Below are positions 14,095 to 27,537 of a DNA stretch of 64,000 bases, piece after piece (the stretch's first letter is position 1; every line of letters begins with the position of its first letter). Where the stretch lies: the NCBI GenBank assembly GCA_049999805.1, contig JBNGIO010006382.1, positions 96,234 to 160,233 of the forward strand, in the 5' to 3' direction. The notes under the pieces are model-generated. The model was not told the origin of the DNA and searched no databases. It worked only from the letters and a program-made list of their open reading frames with translations. The translations under genes and the position numbers were made by a program. This DNA is from Folioceros fuciformis (lineage: Eukaryota).

Positions 14095-15880
14095 CTAACT
14101 GTTGAGGTCATCGAGAGGACGGACATGCTGGTCTGCGAGACGGACATGCCGCAGGTTGGCCATAGCCAGGAGCTGGTTGTCAGCGAAGGTGTAGGCGCGG
14201 TCGAAGTTGTAGAAACATTCCTCCACCGGCGAGCTGGCATAGAAGCCAGAGCATAGCTTGCATCCCACGAAATGCGTGATGAAGGGCCACCGGGGATCGC
14301 CAGTCCCGCCGGACCCTCCAGTGGCCTGCCATTGCTCGAACTCCGACACTATGTGCAGCCAGTAGCCGTGCAGAGAGTAGCCCTGCTCTAGAAGCGTGGC
14401 GGCGTCATCCGCCTCCGATTCCCGCCTGTGATGCCGCAGCAGATACATCAGCGAGCTCTGGTCGTCGCCCGCCCAGTGCTGGGGCCGCTTGGGTATCTCC
14501 TTGTTGAGCATCTTCTTCACCTGCTCCGGGTCCGAGGGGTTTCCCATGGCCATCCACTTGTCCAGAAACGTCTTGGACCAGTCACAGTTCCTGATGAGGA
14601 AGATGCCCGCGTTCAGCCCGGTCCAGTCCGGGTCATCTCCGAACACCTGAACCAGAGCAGAGACCGGCCAGTGAGTGAGTGGAGCATCAAGTTTCCAGGC
14701 CCCACACGATTCAAGGGGCCACAGGACAATCAAGGCACCAAAAACTTGGAAGACAACACACAGATCATGCACGCACCAAAACACTCTTCCAAGCACCAGA
14801 CTTTGATTTGTTAAAGCACCACACTTCATAAAAACAAAGAAGGATTGACGAAAGCCCCGAGGGATTCGTCAAAGCACCACCGAAGGATTCGTCAAAGCAC
14901 CAAAGCATTCACCCACGCACCAAAAAACTTAGCAGAGCACCGAAGGAGTAATCAAAGACTGAAGCAAAAGATTCCGCGCAACACCCTAGGAGAGAAACAG
15001 GCAAGTATTCAACAAACTACCAATTTGACAGGAGAGCCAAGACAGTTTACATGATCAAGATACCAAGGAAAATCAATGCAACAAGAAAGGAGAACCCCGT
15101 AACAAGGATCTAAGGTGGCAAGAAAGATCCAAGACAATGGAAGCTCACCTTGTCCNNNNNNNNNNTCTAAGGTGGCAAGAAAGATCCAAGACAATGGAAG
15201 CTCACCTTGTCCTCGGATCCGCTCAGGACGAAGTTCTTCCCCAGCCGATCATACTCGGCAAACGGCGGAACGAAAGACAGGTCGGTGAAGACGGCGTCCG
15301 CGTCCATCCACATCAACCAGGGGATGCGGGGGTAGGTGTCCATGAGAGTGCGAAGGAGCGGGTACCTGGCCCAGGTGCCTTGGAGCGACTCCTCCCACGT
15401 CTCCAGGCAGAACCAGACCTTGCATCCGTGCAGGTTGCAATAATCCACCTTGTTCTTGTAGGAGCGCATGATGATTTGGCATCCTTTCTGCGTCTTGCAC
15501 CCGCCGGGCCGCTCCCCAGTCACCACCATGAAGGGGATGGCCTGGCCGGGGCAGCTGGACTGCAGGCCCTCCCGCAGCACTTCCCGCTCCGCCGCCTCCT
15601 GGGCCGCAACCGCAGCCGGCTTTGGGGGGTACTCCTGCCTGGTGTCATTGAACTGCCAATCCGGCGGATCGGCGGACTGGCATTCTCCCGATTGCTCCTG
15701 CTTCGGCTGCGTCTGCGATGCCACATTCAGGTAACCCTGACGCGTCTTCACTGTCCTGCCTGCGGACCGGAAGGTCCACAGCAGCGACACCGCGAAGATC
15801 ACCAGCAGCGTTCCCACTACCAAATTCAGGGTAAGCTCAGGCTTCATCCTGGCCACGCCCTTGGCGCTGCTTCCCGCCAT
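14095..15880 (-). CDS. Glycosyltransferase family 34 (xyloglucan xylosyltransferase / galactomannan galactosyltransferase-like), 2 exons (15880-15206, 14646-14095)
   Basis: N-terminal TM helix, then KNKVDYCNLHG, WLMWMDADAVFTD (DxD), DWTGLNAGIFLIRNCDWS, DDQSSLMYLL, WPFITHFVGCKLC. Confidence 0.92.
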
Positions 15881-17269
15881 GCTCCTGCTCGTGCGCCTTC
15901 ACACTCCCCTGTGCATTCAGATCCGATCAACCCTGCCAAGCAATGCGCCCATGCCATCCGCATGCGCCCCTCAGGATCGGCGTAAAAAGCCCGCCGAGGA
16001 CACGGCCACGAAAATGACGGTAATAGCAGAGTCACCATCCCGGTCCCCCTGCATCCTGTCTCTGCCATGGCGTTCCGCAGCTCTTCCCTTTTCTAAGTCA
16101 CATACATTCCTTGCCAGCTGCATAAAGCCAACTGCACACTGTTTTACAGCGCCGCAAGGGTAGTGACGGTAGGAGTATCTGGAGTCGCCGACAACTCGTT
16201 GCTTTTGTGCTTACAACTCGTATCCAACACCTGCTATACACTTACGTACGTAAATGCAGATGCCACTGGCAATGTGTGTTGTACTGGTGTACATACAGTG
16301 TATAACGCTGTCAGGGGACAAACCATCTTCCCCCTAATGGTAACAAGCAGGGCAGCCAAGGTGAGGAGGATTGTAATCAAGGGAGAACAATTGCTTGCCA
16401 ATCAAAGATTCGTGTGAGTCGACGGTACAATGTAAGTAAACGAATCCTTGTCCCGGAAACCTGGCACACAGAGAGTGACCGATTTCTCGGGTCCACAAGA
16501 GCGGACGATTTGTGTATGTTAGCAATCGAAACAGATGTCCTGGATTATGTCAAAAGAAATCCACCACGCTTTGACGTCCTTGCAGACATGGTTACCGTAT
16601 TGATGGCCTGAATCACAGCAGCATGTTCTTCAATCTGCACCATTCGCAGCCTGGACAGCTAGACATGGAAAGCTACCGACATACCGAGCCAAGGGCAGAT
16701 TAGTATGATAAAACAGCCGCCGAGCCTCCAGCAGCACAGAAACAGGGTTAGGATGCGGAAAGGCAGCATCTTCACTAGGGCAGAGCAAGGACGGCTGAAA
16801 CGAAGGTGAAGGCGACACTGATACCGTGTGCGTCGATTGAGTGATCCTCTGGCGGACTACCAGATTTTGGCGATGCAGCAGGGCGCTCTTGGAAGGCTTG
16901 AAATCCAACCTCGGCACAAGACCTCAAGGCGTCCAAAAGCGCCACCCGGCATCGCCCAGCTCTTCTGACACTTTCAGTTGTGCAGAGGAATGAGGCGGCC
17001 AGTCCAAGACCTTCCATGTTCCCTAGCCGCCGTATTGCAAATCCTCACCGTGCTTGCCAATATGTGTGAATGGCAGGACTCCACGACACGCGAATATAAC
17101 CTCTGCGTCAGGGCAAAGAATGATCGGAAGGTCACGAGCAGGGAACCCGGTTGCAATACGTATATAAATTTACAGACGATGGCGGAGCAAGCGAATTTTG
17201 ATCCCAAGGAGACAACTGAGTTTCAATCGCATTCTTCTGGACCAGAGCTTCATTCTGCGCGGCATCGGC

Positions 17270-18782
17270 ATGGTGATGGCCGGCGCGTCCTACGGTCTAA
17301 ATGCGCATGCGCATTGTCTCGGCTTGCAGCGGCAGAGAAGATTGATGCCTTTTCGTGCTGATGAGGCGGTCAGGTTCCGGTCAGCAGCTGCCTTGCTGAG
17401 AATGGAATTCTGCGGTCTGAGAGCTCCGAGTGCGGTTTCTGGAGGCTGCGTGCCTGCGCAAGTTTCCAAGGCAGCGGTTTCCGTGGAGGAAGGACCTGCA
17501 GGTACTTATTCTTGATCACTCTGTGTTGTTGAGGAAGTGACTAGGGTGTTGGGGATCGGGAAGCTTTTATAGGCGAGGACGTTGTGAGAGTTTAGTATAC
17601 ATGAGCTGTGGGATTCTTGCCGCTCTTTACAGACACTTCCACAACCGTTGAGATCCGTGAGGCGTGGTGTGAGTTTTCGGACCGTGTTTCCGGGGAGTGG
17701 GATGGCTATGGAGCTGAGTTTACCTGTACCGGGGAAGCTTTGGAGCTGCCTTCGTCTGTGGTACCGGAGGCCTTCAAGGACTGGGGGGTGGAAATTCATG
17801 ACTGGCAAACGCAGTGTCCTACTCTAGGAGTGTCCGATGAAGGCCGTCGGGAGTTCTCGTATAAGGTCATTCGGCTGCTTCCTACAGTCGGATGTGAAGC
17901 TGATGCGGCCACTCAGTACAGCACAGAGAAACGAAGCTTGGAGGGAAATGAAGCGGTGGTGCTCGCTTTCCACAGGAATGGCTCTTACACTGCAGTATGG
18001 CCAGGAACGTCGGTGTTGACTGCTGGTATTGGCTGCGCCTCCAAGGTTGTAGTGCGAAAGAGGGACGCGGGGGATGCTTTTGAGGTGGAGCACTGTTTTG
18101 TGGAGGAAGGAATGGAGAGATCTCGTGTGAGAATGTTGCAACAATTTGTTGGTTGGACAACCCATGGCGGGGGTAAGAAACTCCCTCTCCTGAAACGAAT
18201 CACCGTCTACAGAGAACGGTGGGAGGGTCCCTTCAGAAATGGCGAGTCTCTGGGAGGTTGTGGGAGCAATGGATCCGGGTTTGCCGTCTCTCCTAAACTC
18301 GAGGTCCCTTCGCTAAAGGGAAAGTGGACAGGAGTGACGTACTCAGCATGCGGCTTGCAGGCATCTGTGAGTGAATTTGGGCTTCTCATCACACGTCTCT
18401 CTCCCTTAGCTGAGAAGAGCAACTGACGTAGTTCTGTTCGTTGCAGCACGGCACTGTCTCTGTCAACAATCTACAAGCTGGCAATCTCGAGGAGATCAGC
18501 AGAAACCTGGACGGCCTCGTTACCCTGCCCTTGGGTCTCTGGTCGCAGGTTAGGCCGTCTCAGGAAGGGGGATTTCGCATAGAAGCCGGATGTCTTTTAA
18601 CGAAAGGCAAGGCTTTTGCCTCGTGGTGCGAGTACACAAGCACGGGAACTCTGAATGTGAGTACGCAACTACAGACATAAAGGGGTGTTCTTGAAATGCG
18701 GGATCTTCCTGTTGTAGGCACTGACATGAACTACATCCTGATGCAGGCAATGTCTACCAGAACAGAGCATCAACAACTGTGA
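17270..18782 (+). CDS. Conserved uncharacterised plant protein with a predicted plastid transit peptide (resembles Arabidopsis At4g38225 from memory)
   Basis: Transit-peptide-like exon 1, then WCEFSDRVSGEWDGYGAEF..LELPSSVVPEAFKDWGVEIHDWQTQCPTL..IRLLPTVGCEADAA..YRERWEGPFRNGESLGGC. The last-exon acceptor is uncertain. Confidence 0.75.
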
Positions 18783-19044
18783 TCAACCATATTGGTCATC
18801 AGGTGCATGGTTGCCGCAACTTGGCAACATCGGCAGTTGCATTTTCAAATGTAAATAGGAATTCTAAGGCAAGTACTGGTACTTTGAACAAGACGATACT
18901 CGCCGGAAATCTTAGAGAAAGTCTTCCTTCCACATCACAGCTTTCCACTACTCGGTACCCTGCCGTGGCATGCAGGAATTTCACAGTACAGTGGAGTAAA
19001 CAAGGCACGTCTCCGAAGGGCTGGAGTGGGAGTGCGGTCCGGGT

Positions 19045-20088
19045 TTAGTTCCTTGCCTTGGCCCTGGAACCATAGAGGACGTTCTTGACGTGGGTGATCA
19101 GCTTATCCGCAGGTAGAGCCCCCTCCTGTCAAAAAACGTGACAGTGCGCTATCAGCCCATCAGAAGCCCACCAGTATGCAAAAATGAACTGAAAGCAGAT
19201 GGATCCGCCAAGGAAAGCTGCAAACCAGGCGGTCGATTGGTTGTCCATCCCGGAAGATAATGAATGTCGGCAATGCTTGCACACCATATCGGCTGGCCAC
19301 TTGAGGATATTTCTCCGTATCAATCTTCACCTGTTGAGAGCAAGAATACCACCTCAATTTCGACTACTCAACAGGAAACGCCACGCATCCTTGCTCACAT
19401 TCCACCAGACTTCGGTAAGAGAGCATACAATGCGAAGCTCGTCCTTCAAGGCTCTCCCAACTTCATTCAAAACAGGAACCATGTATTGACACGGACCACA
19501 CCTGCGCGGGCCGTCAGTGAAGGCCGCCAAAATACCCCACCTCCATCCAAAACATTCAGTTGGGGAATCCACAGCCGAAACCTACCACGTAGCGTAGAAA
19601 TCCACCAAAATTGGAAGATCGGAATTGGATAACATGTCATCGAACGACTTAAACGTCTGCTTCGATGCGGACACCTGCGGCAGACCATCACTTTCGAGAA
19701 TCAGCGCACAGCACAAAGTCGTCCAAACCCTACGCAGCCATCTCTGGACTGACATAGCCCCTCTACACGCCCATTTCCAATCCCCGTCGCAACGCACCTT
19801 GACAGAACGGTCCCTGGGGGCGGTGACACCATATCCCCAGCCCGGATTCGCAAAGGCTCGGTCCGCACCTGACGAGCCCGGCTTCGAAAGCAGAGAGTCC
19901 CTCACCCCGCGCCCGGAGACGGCTCTCGCGCAGCCTACAGCGACCAGAGAAACAGGCTGCGGCGAGAAACAACTCCGTGGAGAAGCCACAGCTGCAGCAA
20001 TAGAGGAGGAAACGGTGCTGCATCCATCTCCGCCAAGCGAACCGGGCAGATGCGCCGTGCTAACCCTGCACACGGCCCCGCAATCCAT
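19045..20088 (-). CDS. Plastid thioredoxin y-type
   Basis: Spliced: KQTFKSFDDMLSNSDLPILVDFYATW|CGPCQYMVPVL..KIDTEKYPQVASRYGVQALPTFIIFRDGQPIDRLEGALPADKLI. WCGPC active site and a long Ser/Ala-rich transit peptide. Confidence 0.92.
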
Positions 20089-20700
20089 CGCTCCTTGCTG
20101 AAAGACAGGGACCAGGGATCAGCCCAGCCTCCACACTAGCTTCGCTCATTACACGGCCGCAAAAGCACGTATCTATGCAGCGCAGATATTTCCTGAACCT
20201 GCCTTGTTTTGTGACACTGTTCTTCACGGAACGGGCGATACCCCGTTCCCACTACGAACTTGGGGAAGACCTCCCTTCTGGGGTCTCAAGGACCTTCACA
20301 ATCCATCCAACAACCAGATCGGCATTTCGCAGTTAACTTCGAGCTTATTCAATTAAAAATTACAGCGATTTCGTATGAATGAGTATCGCATGCCATATAG
20401 AATATTAATAGTATACTCATAAGTAGATAGGTTATATAGATATTCTATTTATATCATATAAACATTATATTTTATTTATTTATATAATATAGAGCTGTAG
20501 GATTATATATTGTAGGTGTAGCTTAGCTTAGCATGCGATTCATAATGCAATTCACTCACTAAGACTAAGCCAACACAATATATTAACTACATGTAGCTAG
20601 TTCATTAGCAAGAGAACGATCAGGCATGCGGAATTTGTGGATCATAAGAATTGCATCACATCAAGGGTGAGTAGCTGGAAATGGACTCGTTAGAGAATAT

Positions 20701-21090
20701 CTTTGTTTAGCCACTCGATCCCTTGGCAGTACCAATATGTCGATCTTTGTTCAACCACTCGATCCCTTTGGTGGTACCAATATACCAATTTTTGATCAGC
20801 CAATCCATCCCTTGAATCCTTTTGGTGGTACCAATATCCAATCTTTGATCAACCACTCGATCCCTTGGCACAGTACCACTATGCCAATCTTTGTTTAACC
20901 ACTCAATCCCTTTGGCAGTACCAGTATGCCAAACTTTGATCAGTACCACTATGCCAATCTTTGTTTAACCACTCAATCCCTTCTTTGTTTAACCACTCAA
21001 TCCCTTTGGCAGTACTAGTATGCCAAACTTTGATCAACTACTCGGTGGTACCACTATGCTACTCCTTTGATCAGCCACTTGGTCCCTTTG
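20701..21090. repeat. Degenerate minisatellite of about 45 bp (about 8-9 units)
   Basis: Recurrent unit CTTTG(T/A)T(T/C)AACCACTC(G/A)ATCCCTTTGG(CA/TG)GTACCA(A/G/C)TATGCCAAT. Confidence 0.9.
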
Positions 21091-21859
21091 GAGCCTAGAG
21101 GAGCTGAGCGCGAGGAATAGGAGCCCAGTTGAACTGCCCTGTTCAAACCTTGGATGCATTGCAAAGACAACAAATGTCGTTGCGAAAGTCGAAAGTGCGA
21201 GTACGTGTAGTGTGAAACTCTTGTGCTGCAGGGTCGCGGGACTTCTCTCCTATGACTACGTGACACACGCCGAGTTTCCAAGCCCTGGTTGATTCCCGGA
21301 GCGGTCGGTGGATAAGTCCGATGCCCAACGGAAGTGTGAGGTGGTGTTTACCATTTGGTCTCTTGTTTCGGGTTTAGGGTTTCCCTTCATGCCGAGAACT
21401 TCTCCCGACGAATAACACTCCAACCGAAGGGGTGGGAGAGACACGCAATTAGAAGCAATAACAGTACCAGTCACCAAACACCACGACAACTTCTCGGATT
21501 GCAGTGTGAACCCAGTGATGACGAGATTGCACAGAATGCACAACTTACAAAGCTTGTACTGACTAATAATGGTTAAAAGTTCCAGTCCGTATCTGTTCAT
21601 TAGAGGTACATAGTACACAACAGACGGTCCCTCCGACTGGGAGAGTAATCGGTGAAAATGACAGCCTCCTCCGCGAACGAGAGGAGGAAATTCAAGTTTG
21701 TTGCCAGTGGTGAAGGTGCCCTTTATTAGGAAACATCAAGCCAAGAAGCCGTTCCCAATAGCACAGATGACGGGTGTGGCCTTCCCCGCACCCCTCACGC
21801 AAGATGCACCAAATTAGCCACACTCTTCACGGATGAGGTAGGATAAATATCAAATTGCT

Positions 21860-24800
21860 CTAGAACCTATAATCAGGCTCCACATCCATAGCCCACGCGA
21901 ATTTCGCCAACAGAGACTTGTTAAAAATCTGCGCACCCACACGCGTGATTAGTACACCAGAGACAGATACTCGGAGTTAGGCAGACAAGTGCCCTTCGGT
22001 AAGAGTGGAACACCTCACCTTTTCAATAGGTACTTCGTGCCGCTTGCACCACGCTACGGTTATCCTGGGATCCATGTAGTTAATCTTCGACGTCCCAAGA
22101 GCAACCGTCTTCATGTCATCTTTCATGGTCATGTCCAGCTTCATCTTCTCGAGCCTCTGTTGATGTTGAGCTATTTTCTTCTCTATCCTGCATTGGGGAA
22201 AACGCGAGTTACAAACAGCAAGTAAACAGACGAATAGACGTTGTGACTTCAACAAGTGCAGGTAACATGCGCTTCTCACATTTCTGGGGCCATATTCCTC
22301 TTGGGTTTTCCCTCCTTGTCTTTGCCCAAAGGCTTCCCCTTCCTTGCTTTCTCCAGGTCAGAAGCCAGCTCTTCGAGAGCAGACTGCCACGATGAGCCAT
22401 GCGTGAATTACATGTCCAATCAACACCCTGCTAAAGAAAAGTTTAAAGAGCAGGACAACTACGCATACCTCTATGTCAGCCATTTTGCCTTGAAGCCTCT
22501 CCATTTGTGCACCATGTGTCTTCGACACCGTTCTTTGATGGTTACACAAAATAGCAACCTGCACTCAAGACGAAACAACAGCGTTGACACCTCATACAAA
22601 GAGGCGTAAGCACAGGAACACCACGAGGAAACAAGCTGAGAGATAAGACCTCCTTGTTTGCACGTTGGTAGTCAGCAATCTTTTCCGCTACTGTGGTTCC
22701 TTCACTCTCTTCGTCAAATAGCTGTACATAAGATTCATTGGAGTCAGCCTGGGCTCCAGAAGAAATAAACGAAACGGGAAGCACTGAATGCTGCAACTCA
22801 CCAAATTGTCCAATGTGATAGATGCATTGTAAGTACGGAACACCTTTGCTGTCAAATTTGGCATTATCTCTTTCAGATGAGCATTCAGCTTGTTTGTATC
22901 CAGCTTATCAAAAAGGTCCTGCCCTTCCTTCTTCCCTGGTTCCATCCAAGTACGAACGGGTGAATACTCAGCATAAAGCAGCAGGGGAGATTTGCAGAGC
23001 ATTGCAGGGCTATGAAGTTGGACAATAAACCTACAATCTACGATGTCCCTGACGAATCACCTTTTTTGAAGTCACCAATAGCTTTGTAGACCTTTTCTTC
23101 AACCTCTACAGTGTTGTTGTACCTGATGGAATCCTTTCCTAAAAAATCAAACTGCAACCAACCCCAACGTTTCTTCAGTGATACGATGCAGAGGGACAAA
23201 TACAGGGTCCAAGTTCTCTAGTCCTGTACAGAATGACTGGGAGAAGGGGAAGAGGATTACCTCTAAGGACCTCGGAGGCACAAGAGATACATGCTCAACC
23301 TTGAGAGAACAGCAGCCGACAGTATCTGCCTCCTCCTCATCCTAGTTAGAACAGATTCAAGCTTAGAAAATATATTCCGAAGAAAGCACTTCCACCCTGC
23401 TCAAAGAAAGGAGGACACGTGGCCACGGCTGGTAAAGTTCCAGTGGTGCTAACCTTCTCATTGCCTGCTCGAAGGGCAAGGCGATCAATCAGGTATGTCG
23501 CAACAGAAATCTGTCGCTTGGTCATGTCTTGCGATGTGAAATTCTTTGTGTAGGTTTTCCGGATGTCATCAATGTAGTCCTGAGAGGAGATACCCGGCCA
23601 TCAGGTTGACAGTGACGTCCATGACCATATTGATAGCAAGCAGCCTTACAATCTACCCTCACCTTTAATAATCGAGCCTTCTCGTACTTCTCCTTGTCAC
23701 TCTGCCCTTTCAGACTACTGCTGGCAGCTAGTCCTACATACTTGAAGTCCTTTGGGTTGATGGGATCATTCCAATAGGCAAGCCATGTGACCGTGTTGTC
23801 ATGCCTCACCTCTTTCCACCTACATGCAGCATTCACATGTTAAAGCATTAGCAAGGACCAAACAAAGTTCACGCCAGCGTCTGGCTCCAGAAGGTGCATG
23901 GCTATGAAGATGTACACTCCTTACTTTGTATTTGGGATGGGACACTCTGGTATGGGCGCATCTTTCCCGATATTGATGACAATATCTTTGGGCTGAATAC
24001 GTTTCTTCAGCTTTCCCATCTGCCATGATAAACTGAAGCTCAGTAATCAAGAGACAAACCCCTTCTCCCTGAAATATATCATAGCAAATGGCTGTGTGTC
24101 ATTCAAGTCTTCCCACCTTTGGATGATCTCCTCGACCACGGAAAAGCCCTGGCGGTTCAACCCTGAAGTTACCAACCTGACCAAATCATCAAAAACACAT
24201 AAGTAAACCACATAAATGACCTGCTTCAAGATTCTGCACGCTCTCAAAGAGGCTCGCTCATGTGCCGTTGGAAACAACTGCAAACAAGACACACCTTCTC
24301 CTTCACACCATCAACTAATGCCCACATGTACTTCTCTTCCATCTTCAGTTTCTCTTCCTTCAGCCTTTTCTTCTCCTGAACAAGTAAACTCATGTGCTAT
24401 CATACCTTCCCAGCCTTTGCAAGACACAAGAGCAGGTCTCCCACGAAGGCAGCTACTAAGAAAGCCAGTACTTGCAGGATGTCAAACAGTAGGTCCAAGG
24501 AGACACATGCCAGACACTTCCAAAGAGAAGAAAACATGTGAAGACAAACTGCTCACTGAACGAGTGACAGCAAACTCCAAAATGCACAGTGCCAGACATT
24601 TACCTCCGTAGACATCAGCTTCTTCTTCTCCTTTTCTTGGAGGTTCCACTCATAGATTGGAGTGAAGTCACACAGTTCAAACTTCTTAATGACGTGGCCA
24701 GCTCCCAAGAGAGGTTTCCAGTCATTCCAGAAGTTTGTGATAAATCTCTCCTTGCCAGCATACTCTGTATCTTTCATCACAGCAAACATGGTGGCTACCT

Positions 24801-26095
24801 GCAAACACCAGAATTTCTCAATCTTATCATACACCAGAAGTCGCAGAACAAACAAGCAATTCCTGGAACCGTCTCTCTGAATGACGGTAAGGATAAACGT
24901 TGCAGGGACACTCAAACCATGCCACAATGCCAGCGGAAAGAAAAGAGCACCTCAGAAAACTACTCACCTCCTCCTGTCTCTCGGTCAGATCTACAGGTTT
25001 CCCATCATACAGCATCTTTACACCATGCGGTTGATAGGGTGGAGGGAAAATAACGCCGTTATGCTCCAGGGTGGACCACTTCTGTCCACCTCCACCGTTT
25101 TTGTCAGCCACCACCACCTTCTTTTTCACTGTCTTCTCAACCTGCCTCGTCCTAGTGGTTTTAGTTTCCTGCACTTTCTTGGAAACCACCTTCGCACCGG
25201 TGCTGCTGGAGACTTTTTTCACGGTCACGGCCTTGGACGCAGAATAGCGCTGTGCGAGGGGGACATCATCATCATCGTCATTATCAGGATCCAGCTCACG
25301 CTTCAGCGGTTCTTCCTTCACCTTGGCCGGCTCATCCTTAGCCTTCCCAGACTGCCTTCCCTTGCCAGCATCCGCCCGTCCAGTCGCTGGTTCCCCCTTA
25401 GAAGTCAGCTTCGCCTTCTTAGCCGCAGGCGAATGCGAAGTCCTACCTGTACCATCTACTGGACGCTTGACCCCGGAGTTCCCATCCTTAACCGGCGCCT
25501 CGGCACCCTTCCTCGCGACGACTCTGCGTTGCGCAAGGGGAAGATCATCCTCATCACTATCACGAAAATCGAGCTCTTCCTTGGCCTTGGCCTTGGCCGC
25601 TCCCGATCCCTTCGCCAGTACGGGAGACGGCTTCAGCTTCTTCGCAGGGTTGGAGCTGCCTGGCTTGTCCTCCAAGGGCCTCTTCCCGGTGCCCGATTCT
25701 GCTTCCTGCTTCACTGCCATTCTCCTCACCATCACCTTCTTCACAGCGGTGCCGGAATCCAATTTCCCGGTCACCGCGGCCTTCCTCCCGACCGCGGCTG
25801 CACTGGTTTCCTGGCCTGGCGGCTTCTCGTCTGCCGATTTCCCGCCATCCGTAGCCGCCATTTGCTGCAGTTTCTTCCTGTACGCCAGGGGCCTTTCGTC
25901 CTTCGAATCCTCCGGCTGCTCAGCCTCATTGTTGTTGCCCAGAACACCTTTCCCGGGCAGATCGGGCTGCATAGCCTGAGCCCTGATTCCTCCTTCTGCT
26001 GCTGCTCCTGCTGCAGGAGCTTGCAGCACGGCCCCGGCGGCCGCAACAGCAGAGTCGCCCTGCCCCTGGCCTAAACTCCTCTCCCCAGCCGTCAT
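21860..26095 (-). CDS. TOP1: DNA topoisomerase I (type IB), multi-exon; the start may extend to an ATG at 26507
   Basis: [78 protein letters not shown], catalytic-Tyr segment [20 protein letters not shown]. Ends [12 protein letters not shown]. Confidence 0.97.
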
Positions 26096-27537
26096 CTTTG
26101 CACCTGCACATGCTCATTCGCGATTGTCATCCTCGTCAGTATGCCCGCCATTGCCTCGATTCTCGCATCCCCAGATCAAGTTGCAGATGACGCCTTCCAT
26201 CATCTCATTCATTTCACAATTCACGGCTCCCAAGAGCAGAAAATCATTCTCACAGTCCATGCACGCATTGCGGGTGAGGCGTACAGCCGGGTGGGTCAAG
26301 GGGGTAAAGGCGTTCCCCTCGCACACCCACGAAAGGGATCCATTCACAAATCGAGCCTTCCTACCTTCCCGAATATCACCACCCCAAAACAAAAACAAAA
26401 ACAAAAACAAAAGACAAAAATCAAACAAAACCTTACTTTCACCACCAATAAGCTAGCCCCACCAACGCCTAACAGGTCCCCCTAAAAACAATCCGCATAC
26501 TTAACATCCCGTACTGCCGGAGCGTGCAGCCAGGGATCCGCACGACCAACCGTTTCCTGTGCGAAGGCTTCACAGACCCCGTTTCAGCCTGCCCATCTAA
26601 CTCTTAATATAAATTTCTCAAACCAAAAAAAGATGCATACTGAGTTCTAACTTCAGTAACAAGATTAGCAAAGACCATAAATTCCTACTTAAGAATTTAT
26701 TATTTAATTCGGGACTCAAAAGAAAACAAACTTATTACTAAAAGTTAAACTTTATCACTTAAGGTTTCTTAAGATTACTTTTCTTTCTAATCTAATTTTA
26801 GTTTAATCTATTTGGAAGACTAGTACTAACAAGCATAGGAAAAATAATACTTGTATGCTTTCAATCAAACACATAGAACATAAGAAAACTTATTTCATGT
26901 CATGTAATACTTACAAACTTGATATGTCAAAAATACTTTTTATATTTTCACGACTGCTGTTTTTCTCAAGTTATTGACCATTGGTGTAGCATATATAGTA
27001 ATGAAAATATAAAAAAGTATAATTTTGGAGATTTATTATTATTATTATTAACATATTCAGTTTCTTTTCACAAGTGAAGAAACTTAACAAAACCGGTTTG
27101 GCTGAAAGAGTTCTTTAAGATTTTTTTATTCATTAATTTTATGATAATTAATATCCTTGGTCTTCAAAAGATAGATTATGGTCACTTAATGAGATATAAT
27201 GTTCTTAGTCCATGGAAGATAGACTAAGATTAGATAGTGAGATAAACTATACCCTAAATTTGATAAATTTATTAACTCTAGTTTGGTTGATTAGATACTG
27301 ATTGTAAGAGTTTTTAACCAATCAGCCATCATCAAGTCTGATCCAAGCAACTGTATTGGATTTGCTGAAAGAGGGCCTTCATTGGAAGGACAAATAACCC
27401 TTACTTAGACTAAATGTACATTATTTTAGGGTCTGGAGTCTCGAGCCCACCGGGCAGCGCGAGCCGTTTCCTTGTGGAATTGACTGTGGAAGGCCCGACT
27501 GTGTGAAAGCCCGAACAGACTACGGAGGCTAGCGTCC

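Noticed and set aside
15109-15212. 47-bp direct duplication including the GT34 splice donor
   Set aside because: The copies sit exactly on either side of a 10-N gap, typical of an unmerged contig overlap. The same pattern occurs near 35280-35365.
20701-21090. CRISPR-like appearance of the repeat arrays (also 35570-36160, 38515-39155, 62563-62790)
   Set aside because: The units are contiguous with no unique spacers, and this is eukaryotic nuclear DNA with no cas genes.
24881-26074. Long antisense ORFs (397 aa here; others opposite LACS, RPL3 and the XS gene)
   Set aside because: Shadow frames of GC-rich coding exons, with no recognisable protein features.
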